NCBI GenBank assembly: GCA_023898425.1
Contig: CP060222.1
Location: forward strand, 540,001 to 572,000
Source of the DNA: Candidatus Saccharimonadota bacterium
Lineage (GTDB): Bacteria; Patescibacteriota; Patescibacteriia; 2-12-FULL-60-25
Direction: 5' to 3'
Length of the DNA: 32,000 bases
The notes under the pieces were generated by a model, which made no database searches, was not told the origin of the DNA, and saw nothing but the letters and a program-made list of their open reading frames with translations. This document shows positions 9,315 to 16,105 of this stretch, piece by piece. The position numbers and the translations under genes were made by a program. Position 1 is the stretch's first letter, and every line of letters starts with the position of its first letter.

Positions 9315-11996
9315 TTATTTTACCATCATCGCAATACGCGAGCTTAACATTTCTTGCTTTTGCTTTGCTTCTTCGAGTTTTGACTCCATCCCAGCAATCA
9401 CCTTCTCCGGTGCTTTGCCACGAAATTCTTGATCCGCGAGCTTTGCCGTTGTCGAAGTGATATAGGAGGCGAGTTGTTCAAGTTCTTTTTGGATCTTGGC
9501 TTTTTCTTTTTCGATATCTACTAGCCCTTCGAGACTCATAGCCACGCTCACACTGCCAGCCACTACCGGCCAATCAGAAGGTAATGTGTCTACGCGATCA
9601 AATTGCGAGCTATTCGTAAGTCGTAATACCCAAGCGCTATTTGTATTAATCAACTCAGCCGTGGCGTCATCTGTTTGATAAGCGAATATCGCCTTCTTCG
9701 TCACATCTACACCTTGATCTGCGCGCAAACGACGCATATCGCCAATGACAGTACGTAGTGTTTCAAATTCGCTTGGTACAACTGAAGCTTTCTGTTGTGG
9801 CCATTCTGCAACGAGCAATAATCTATCAAACCCAGCACGCTGCCAAATCTCTTCGGTCACGAATGGCATAAATGGATGCCAAAGCCGCAACATGCCCGAA
9901 AGCAGCTCTTTTAAGATAACGGACTTATTACCTTCGACTTTTGCAATCTCAAGATACCAATCCGCTAGATCATTCCAGGTAAAATCACGAAGCTCTTCTG
10001 CTGCGAGACTGAATTGATAAGTTTCAAGCTTCTTCGTGATAGACGATGCCGTTTCTGCAAAGCGTGCTTTGATCCATTGATCAGCGAGTGAGAGATCCTC
10101 CCTGCCCTCCTTTGGCAAGGAGGATTCTGCAGGCTCCCCTTCCTTACCAAAGGAAGGGACTGGGGGATGGATCTGGGAAAGCATGAAACGACTAATGTTC
10201 CAAAGCTTATTTGCGAGATGTTTTAAGCTTTCGATCTTGGTTTCAGAAAGACGCGTATCCTGCCCTGGAGCTGTACCCATCATCAATGACAAACGCACGG
10301 CATCAGTGCCGTATTTTGGGATAAGCTCAAGAGGATCAAGAATATTGCCTAACGACTTAGACATTTTGCGTCCTTGATCATCCATAACGAGGCCATGAAG
10401 ATAAACGTCTTTAAATGGGACTTCGCCAATCGCATAGGTCGACATGAGGACCATGCGAGCAACCCAAAAGAACAAGATATCACGACCCGTTTCAAGGACA
10501 TTTGTTGGATGAAACGTTTTGTTCTTTTCCCAGACTTCTTTATTTGGCCAACCAAGTGCCGAAAAACTCCATGATCCAGAAGAGAACCAGGTATCGAGAC
10601 TGTCTTCGTCTTGAACATACCCTTCTCCAGGTGGTTCAACCGAAGCCACCTGTTCGTCGCCCTTATACCAAACCGGAATACGGTGTCCAAACCAGATCTG
10701 ACGAGAGATACACCAATCGCGTAAACCATCGATCCAATGAAAGTACACCTTTTCAAAACGATCAGGAACGATAGTGATTGAGCCGCCTCGTACAGCATCT
10801 TGCATCAAACGCTTAAGCGTTGTTGTCTCTCCTGCCTTTTGTTTTAAGGTGTCACGCTTTAGAGTAAATTCTTTGTTCACACGAACAAACCACTGAAGGC
10901 TCGGTAATTGCTCAACCGTCGCGCCGCCGCGTTCAGCGATTGGTAGCGCCTGGTCAACCTCTTCTATTTTTTCTACGAGACCAGCTGCTTCTAAATCTGC
11001 GATCACTTTTATGCGTGCTTCTTCGGTCGTGAGTTCAGCAAAATGTTCACCACAATTTTGCATCATGCGTCCTGCTTGATCGATGACTTGAATCGTTGGA
11101 AGCGAGTGACGCGTTGCCATCTCTGCATCAATCATCGAATGCGCTGGCGTCACGCCAAGTGCACCTGTACCAAATGCAGGATCAACGGCTTCGTCGGCAA
11201 TAACTTTTAATTCTATTGGCTTACCACAAAACGTTGCTGAAAGCGTTTTACCGACGTATTGCGCATAACGTTTGTCTGTTGGATGCACAGCAACCGCTGT
11301 ATCACCAAACTTAGTTTCAGGGCGTGTTGAAGAAATTGTGATCGGGAAATCTTTATCGTATTTAAACGTAACGAGTTTTGCTTTAACATCTTTTGTTTGT
11401 ACTTCGTCATCAGATAACGTTGTTTGAAATTGTGGATCCCAATTAACGATACGAAAGCCACGCTCAATCAAACCATCTTCGTACATCGAAAGAAAAATCT
11501 GATTGACCGCTGCATTGCGTTCTTCGTCAAAGGTATAGGCTTCGCGTGACCAATCACAACTAGAACCCATCTTTTTAACTTGAGTACGAATGGTATTCGC
11601 AGAATCATCCGCAAAAGCAACCACGCGTTCTAAGAATTTTTCACGACCAAGCTCTTTGCGTGGATCCTTAAAACCCTCCTTCATGAGGAGTTGTTCGACT
11701 TTCACTTGGGTGGCGATAGCCGCATGGTCGGTACCCGGTACCCAAAGCGTCTTTTTGCCACGCATGCGTTCAAAGCGCATTAACGTATCTTGAATCGCAA
11801 GCATAGTGGCATGCCCCATATGCAGGGTGCCTGTACGATTTGGAGGTGGCATTACGATACAATACGGCTCCCCTGCTTGATTACGGTCAGGCAATAAATC
11901 TGGATTATAATATCCTGACTTCGCCCAGAGCTCATTTAACTGATCTTCTACCTCGTTGGCTTGATACGCCTTCGGAAACGATTCAAATACAGACAT
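9315..11996 (-). CDS. valS: valine--tRNA ligase
   Basis: TLHMGHA (HIGH), RKMSKSLGN (KMSKS), editing domain, C-terminal coiled coil. Preferred start is ATG 11994-11996 (MSVFESFPKAYQ), just downstream of a promoter-like site. The ORF-track start at 12065 is a TTG. Confidence 0.95.
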   Translation of the reverse strand: MSVFESFPKAYQANEVEDQLNELWAKSGYYNPDLLPDRNQAGEPYCIVMPPPNRTGTLHMGHATMLAIQDTLMRFERMRGKKTLWVPGTDHAAIATQVKVEQLLMKEGFKDPRKELGREKFLERVVAFADDSANTIRTQVKKMGSSCDWSREAYTFDEERNAAVNQIFLSMYEDGLIERGFRIVNWDPQFQTTLSDDEVQTKDVKAKLVTFKYDKDFPITISSTRPETKFGDTAVAVHPTDKRYAQYVGKTLSATFCGKPIELKVIADEAVDPAFGTGALGVTPAHSMIDAEMATRHSLPTIQVIDQAGRMMQNCGEHFAELTTEEARIKVIADLEAAGLVEKIEEVDQALPIAERGGATVEQLPSLQWFVRVNKEFTLKRDTLKQKAGETTTLKRLMQDAVRGGSITIVPDRFEKVYFHWIDGLRDWCISRQIWFGHRIPVWYKGDEQVASVEPPGEGYVQDEDSLDTWFSSGSWSFSALGWPNKEVWEKNKTFHPTNVLETGRDILFFWVARMVLMSTYAIGEVPFKDVYLHGLVMDDQGRKMSKSLGNILDPLELIPKYGTDAVRLSLMMGTAPGQDTRLSETKIESLKHLANKLWNISRFMLSQIHPPVPSFGKEGEPAESSLPKEGREDLSLADQWIKARFAETASSITKKLETYQFSLAAEELRDFTWNDLADWYLEIAKVEGNKSVILKELLSGMLRLWHPFMPFVTEEIWQRAGFDRLLLVAEWPQQKASVVPSEFETLRTVIGDMRRLRADQGVDVTKKAIFAYQTDDATAELINTNSAWVLRLTNSSQFDRVDTLPSDWPVVAGSVSVAMSLEGLVDIEKEKAKIQKELEQLASYITSTTAKLADQEFRGKAPEKVIAGMESKLEEAKQKQEMLSSRIAMMVK
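10105..10158. repeat. two adjacent perfect hairpins inside valS coding sequence
   Basis: CCTCCTT-tggc-AAGGAGG (10106-10123) and CCCTTCCTT-acca-AAGGAAGGG (10137-10158). On the coding strand they encode SSLPKEG and PSFGKEG. Confidence 0.75.
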
Positions 11997-12009
11997 AGGA
12001 ATACTGCGA

Positions 12010-12038
12010 AATATAGCGAAGAATACAGGTTTTGTGAA
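12010..12038 (-). promoter_or_regulatory. putative sigma70-type promoter of valS operon
   Basis: Minus strand has TTCACA (12033-12038), a 17-nt spacer, then TATATT (12010-12015). The ATG is 14 nt downstream of the -10, implying a very short leader. Confidence 0.4.
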
Positions 12039-12050
12039 TGGGTCATTTGA

Positions 12051-12079
12051 TTGACAGAAGGGCAAAACCTCTATAGCTT
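12051..12079 (+). promoter_or_regulatory. putative promoter of the DHH-like gene (divergent from valS)
   Basis: TTGACA at 12051-12056. The -10 is ambiguous: TATAGC with a 15-nt spacer or TAGCTT with a 17-nt spacer. ATG at 12088. Confidence 0.3.
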
Positions 12080-12087
12080 GAAGGTTG

Positions 12088-13227
12088 ATGGCCCTTAATC
12101 TCGAACAACAAGCGATCGAAGCAATCGGCCGCTCAAAACATCTTCTCCTTATTACCCGAACGGCCCATTCGGTAGATGATCTTTGTAGTGTTCTGGCCCT
12201 CGCTTTTTGGCTTAAACATCAAAATAAATCTTTTGATATTGTCATTCCTGATTTTGAAAATAAGCTCTATCCATCGTATTTACCAAAAAGTGCTGAAATC
12301 GCTACGCGTCTTGGTTCTTTGCGCTCGTTAAAAATCACACTCAATGTCAAAGAGACACCTCTTTCTGAGCTCTCTTATGACGTACGTGACGGCGCGCTTG
12401 ATATCACGGTTGTGCCAAAGCATGGAGCCTGGAAGCCACAAGACGTGGGTTTCATGAGTGGTGATGCACGCTATGACCTTGTTATTGCTGTAGGAGCCCC
12501 TGATCGCCATAGTCTTGAGCCGATCTTTAAACACGAGCTCAATACGCTACAAGAAATCATCACCATTAATATCGACTCGTCTCCTGCTAATGAACAATGG
12601 GGTACAATTAACCTTGTAAATCCAACGCGATCCTCTGCCTGCGAATCACTCTATACGCTGTTTGAAGCATGGAACCCACAGCAATTAACTGCTGATATTG
12701 CCACAGCGCTTCTTGCGGGTATGATCGCAGCAACAAAAGGTTTCCGTACGCCACATCTCTCAGGTAAAACCCTCGAACGCTCCTCTGCTTTGCTTGAAAA
12801 AGGTGCTCGTCGTCAGGAGATTGTGCAAACACTATGGCGCACACATTCTGTTACCGCCTTACAACTTTGGGGACGCGCTCTTGCAAGACTCGAACAAGAC
12901 CAAACTACCGGTCTTGCTTGGACATTTATTACCGATACAGATCTCCTAGAATTAAAAGCCGATACGAATGCTTTAGACGGACTCTTACGAGAGCTCCTTT
13001 CTTACACGCCAAATACCAAGGCGATCTTACTCTTGCAACAACGTGGCTCATTGTGGCAGGCAGATTTACATGCGCATGCTCCCTATAGCGCTATAGAAGT
13101 CACAAAAGACTTTTTGCCAACAGGTAATCAAGAACAGGCTCGCTTTGTAACTGACCTAGCTCATGGCTCACTCGCCGAACAAAAAGCCCAAACACTCAAC
13201 AGCATTAAGAAGTATTTGGTATCATAG
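12088..13227 (+). CDS. DHH/DHHA1 phosphoesterase-family (NrnA-like) protein with degenerate catalytic motifs
   Basis: Layout resembles NrnA-type DHH proteins: LLLITRTAHSVDDLCSVLALAFWL, DLVIAVGAPD, ITINIDSSPANEQWG, SSACESLYTLF. The position of the DHH triad reads DSS and no GGGH motif is seen. ATG 12088 preferred over TTG 12085. Confidence 0.55.
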   Translation: MALNLEQQAIEAIGRSKHLLLITRTAHSVDDLCSVLALAFWLKHQNKSFDIVIPDFENKLYPSYLPKSAEIATRLGSLRSLKITLNVKETPLSELSYDVRDGALDITVVPKHGAWKPQDVGFMSGDARYDLVIAVGAPDRHSLEPIFKHELNTLQEIITINIDSSPANEQWGTINLVNPTRSSACESLYTLFEAWNPQQLTADIATALLAGMIAATKGFRTPHLSGKTLERSSALLEKGARRQEIVQTLWRTHSVTALQLWGRALARLEQDQTTGLAWTFITDTDLLELKADTNALDGLLRELLSYTPNTKAILLLQQRGSLWQADLHAHAPYSAIEVTKDFLPTGNQEQARFVTDLAHGSLAEQKAQTLNSIKKYLVS

Positions 13228-13233
13228 AGACCT

Positions 13234-13722
13234 ATGGAGTCATTCAAACCCATCTTGAGTTCAAAGGCGGTTTTTGCCAGCTATCTTTTTGCAATCAAAA
13301 ACAGCCTTGGCTCGCAGATGTTTCAGGAGTTTTATCTTGAAAATGAGCAAGGTGAATTATTTGATGCGCTCAAAGGCGGTGATATCGCTTGTGGTAATTA
13401 TGTCTCGTGGATCCTCTTTCGTTTTCAATATATCAAACAACCACATCTTACGGTAAAAGGCATCGAAAAAGATCTCCTCGAATCTGGTTGGACCATTGTC
13501 ACCGAAGCTCAAGAAGGTGACGTGATCGTTTGGGGTCCTTCTCATGAACATGATTCAGACATGCTTCATACCCATATCGGATTTTCTTTGGGAGGTGATC
13601 AAGCGATTAGCAATAGCACCAAACTTCGCCATCCAAATCAACATCATCTGACGTTTGGCACACAAGAAGATGGCACACCAAAAAGAGAAATTACCGCAAT
13701 ATATCGAAATCCCACCGCTTAG
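13234..13722 (+). CDS. hypothetical protein, possibly papain-fold (CHAP / NlpC-P60-like) hydrolase
   Basis: 162-aa ORF 6 nt after the DHH-like gene. The spacing GDIACGNYVSWIL ... GDVIVW ... HTHIGFSLGGDQAISNS resembles the Cys...His...polar arrangement of CHAP/NlpC-P60 enzymes. No signal peptide. Functional call is weak. Confidence 0.45.
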   Translation: MESFKPILSSKAVFASYLFAIKNSLGSQMFQEFYLENEQGELFDALKGGDIACGNYVSWILFRFQYIKQPHLTVKGIEKDLLESGWTIVTEAQEGDVIVWGPSHEHDSDMLHTHIGFSLGGDQAISNSTKLRHPNQHHLTFGTQEDGTPKREITAIYRNPTA

Positions 13723-13737
13723 GTGGGATTTGTATTA
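13710..13737 (+). terminator. rho-independent terminator
   Basis: TCCCACC (13710-13716) - gctta - GGTGGGA (13722-13728), then TTTGTATT. The hairpin includes the stop codon. Confidence 0.65.
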
Positions 13738-13739
13738 TA

Positions 13740-13768
13740 TTGACATTTTACGCAAAATCTGCTATGAT
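13740..13768 (+). promoter_or_regulatory. near-consensus sigma70 promoter
   Basis: TTGACA (13740-13745), exactly 17 nt spacer, TATGAT (13763-13768). Followed by a ~45-nt leader with AGGAG (13809-13813) and ATG 13820. Confidence 0.65.
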
Positions 13769-13819
13769 CTCTCTACGTTTTTGCACATTCACGTTGCAAA
13801 TCGATACCAGGAGTATTGA

Positions 13820-14050
13820 ATGATCTCGAGGTTTTTTAACATGCTCTCGCAGACAACTCGAGAGATGATGAATCGGCTCATGGGTGGACGCACAGAGCCC
13901 GAGCCACTTACAAACACGAGCGGGGGCATCTACAGAACCCCGGCATATCCCCAAACGAACCAGAAGAATGAGATGGACGACTTCCATGATGAACTGTCCT
14001 GCGAAGTAATCCAATGCTTCAAGGATGATCCTCCTTACAGCATAAACTAG
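13820..14050 (+). CDS. small hypothetical protein, 76 aa
   Basis: ORF with its own consensus promoter, strong SD (CCAGGAGTATTGA-ATG) and terminator. N-terminal amphipathic segment MISRFFNMLSQTTREMMNRLMGG. No recognisable domain. Confidence 0.55.
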   Translation: MISRFFNMLSQTTREMMNRLMGGRTEPEPLTNTSGGIYRTPAYPQTNQKNEMDDFHDELSCEVIQCFKDDPPYSIN

Positions 14051-14054
14051 AACC

Positions 14055-14100
14055 GCCCCGCAAAGACTATCTGTCGATGCGGGGCTTTAATTTGTGATTT
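14055..14100 (+). terminator. rho-independent terminator between convergent genes
   Basis: GCCCCGCA (14055-14062) and TGCGGGGC (14078-14085) form an 8-bp stem with a 15-nt loop, followed by TTTAATTTGTGATTTTT. Confidence 0.55.
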
Positions 14101-14619
14101 TTATACACGGTCACGATAGATCTCAAGATCTTCTTTGTACGCCTTCCAGATCGCCGTGTCTTTCATAAGGTCATGTGAGATGGCCGCGAGCATCGGGGCC
14201 TTGGCCTGGCGCAAGAAGCGGCGGCGGGTAGGGTCCATGGTTTCGGCACCTTTCATATTGTCCCAAGCGTCAGCTATTTTAATTGCCCATGCGTCAGGAT
14301 TATAAGCGTGAACGAGGCCGGCCATCATATCGACCCAGCGACCATCGCCGCCTTCGATCATGTCGTCGTGGGTGCAGAGGGTGACGAGTTCGATAATTTC
14401 TTCGGTACAACCAAGCTTTTCGAGCTCTTCATACGTTACTCCCCCATCTTCAATCACATCATGAAGAATGGCGGCGATAATCACCGGTTTGCTATAGCCA
14501 AATTTCTCCACCGTTTGACCAACGCGAATAGAGTGTAGATAGGCTGGCTCATCTGAGCCTTTGCGTGTACCTGGGATGCGCTCTGCGACGAGCTGCTCTA
14601 CTTGTTGGCGTGTCATCAT
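14101..14619 (-). CDS. HD-domain protein, RelA/SpoT-type (p)ppGpp hydrolase-like (HD_4)
   Basis: YLHSIRVGQTVEKFGYSKPVIIAAILHDVIEDGGVTYEELEKLGCTEEIIELVTLCTHDD matches the H..HD..ED hydrolase-domain pattern. Start ATGATG at 14614-14619 is preferred because the upstream ATG 14647-14649 lies inside a terminator hairpin. Confidence 0.75.
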   Translation of the reverse strand: MMTRQQVEQLVAERIPGTRKGSDEPAYLHSIRVGQTVEKFGYSKPVIIAAILHDVIEDGGVTYEELEKLGCTEEIIELVTLCTHDDMIEGGDGRWVDMMAGLVHAYNPDAWAIKIADAWDNMKGAETMDPTRRRFLRQAKAPMLAAISHDLMKDTAIWKAYKEDLEIYRDRV

Positions 14620-14630
14620 AGAAAAGCGGA

Positions 14631-14668
14631 GTATAAAACATCTTTCCATTTCTGGAAAGATGTTTTTG
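14631..14668 (-). terminator. strong hairpin terminator after the 456-aa gene
   Basis: ACATCTTTCCA (14638-14648) - tttc - TGGAAAGATGT (14653-14663), an 11-bp perfect stem flanked by A and T runs. Confidence 0.7.
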
Positions 14669-14673
14669 TTTTC

Positions 14674-16044
14674 TTATCTTGCTGGCACTGGTGCACTGTC
14701 TGGCGCTGGGGCCATCATATTTGTCACTGTACCTTCGGAGCCGCTTGTCACATCTCCCTTCATGTACATGATTGGGCTTGGGACATCTTCTAAAAATTCT
14801 GCTTTGATGAGCGGCACGATGGTACGATAATCATTTAGACCGTTGCCATCACCCGCGTCTACCTTGCCTGTCGCAAGCAACGCTGGGACAAAGTAGGTTT
14901 CATTTTTATTGTCTTTCCAGGAGTCGTAACGCATCACCACGAGTTCAAAGGCATCATATTGGATCTGAACACGAGTGCCTTTTTTGCCCCAACCATAGTA
15001 TGGAGAACGACCGCCGTTTTTAAGCACTTCTTCTACAGCGCCTTTATCGATCATCGGATAAGATGAGGCTTCGAGGGATGTAGGAAGATTTGCATAACCT
15101 CCTGTAACCTCATACGTATCGAGTGAGACCGTGACTGTTAGAGCTTGCTGAGGATACCCAGACCAAGCATCGGTAACACGCTTACCGTCACGTTTATCAG
15201 GATAAACAATATTAACCGTACGTGGGTACCAGAAACATGGCGCAATTTTTTCTTCAACGGATGGCTCGATCATTATTGGCATCGCATCAGACTCTGAAGC
15301 TGTGACACCTTCTGAACGTGTTACTGGGCATGGCATGGATGATTGCTCCATGAGCGGCATAATCCAAGGCGCGTTTTCAAGTTCAGGCGCTGTTGTAACG
15401 TAGGATGATAGACCATGTGCTTTTACAAAGTCTTGGGCAACGTTGATCGCACGATCTTTGTCGAGCGTAGGCTGACCCTCGGCGTCTTGTGGTAAGGTAT
15501 TTTCTTTCCACCACGAAAGATTATTGCTTGTTGCGTCAAAGTTCCAAGTAATACCGTTCTTCCCTTTCCATGAAGCATTGAGTGATTGCACATCATTTAA
15601 TGCATCCGCTAATGACGAAGGTAGGCCTGCGGACTTAAGAAGAGATTTTGTAAGACCTGTGTCGATTTTTGCACGAATAACATGATAGACATCGGCTGAC
15701 GCAGGCATAGAAGGCAACTCCCCTGCCCAGTGATAATCTGTTTCTAGTTGCGTATAATCACGGTCTTCGCCAGGATATGGAGCAATCATTTTGCTATCCA
15801 GCATACTTGGCGCAATACCACCACCCATCGGAGAAACAACTTCTGGTATCGCAGATCGTCCAGCGGACGTTACACTGCCATTACTAGAGTTCGCGATTGA
15901 ACCAAAAGCCTGGCTTTGTTTTAAGCGTGTAATTTTGATTCCTTTTGTTGTACGAAAGATCGCCGCTTCGGTTGCAGGAGCGGCTGCTACAGAAGTTGCT
16001 ATCGCTACTAATAGAAGGAGCGGAAAAACCATTTGTTTTTTCAT
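14674..16044 (-). CDS. secreted hypothetical protein, 456 aa
   Basis: Signal-peptide-like N-terminus MKKQMVFPLLLLVAIATSVAAAPA. No domain recognised. Confidence 0.65.
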   Translation of the reverse strand: MKKQMVFPLLLLVAIATSVAAAPATEAAIFRTTKGIKITRLKQSQAFGSIANSSNGSVTSAGRSAIPEVVSPMGGGIAPSMLDSKMIAPYPGEDRDYTQLETDYHWAGELPSMPASADVYHVIRAKIDTGLTKSLLKSAGLPSSLADALNDVQSLNASWKGKNGITWNFDATSNNLSWWKENTLPQDAEGQPTLDKDRAINVAQDFVKAHGLSSYVTTAPELENAPWIMPLMEQSSMPCPVTRSEGVTASESDAMPIMIEPSVEEKIAPCFWYPRTVNIVYPDKRDGKRVTDAWSGYPQQALTVTVSLDTYEVTGGYANLPTSLEASSYPMIDKGAVEEVLKNGGRSPYYGWGKKGTRVQIQYDAFELVVMRYDSWKDNKNETYFVPALLATGKVDAGDGNGLNDYRTIVPLIKAEFLEDVPSPIMYMKGDVTSGSEGTVTNMMAPAPDSAPVPAR

Positions 16045-16105
16045 AGTAAAAAATGAAGAATAATATCTACAACTACTATAACGTTACTTGATATTGCTTA
16101 TGACA

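Noticed and set aside
11997-12065. Upstream TTG start giving ValRS a 23-aa N-terminal extension (MPFCQSNDPFTKPVFFAIFRSIP).
   Set aside because: The extension overlaps the promoter-like -35/-10 pair at 12010-12038 and has no counterpart in ValRS. ATG 11994-11996 gives the canonical N-terminus.
13748-14014. 88-aa minus-strand ORF opposite the small 76-aa gene.
   Set aside because: The promoter, SD and terminator signals are all on the plus strand. The minus ORF has no start context and would run into the plus-strand promoter.
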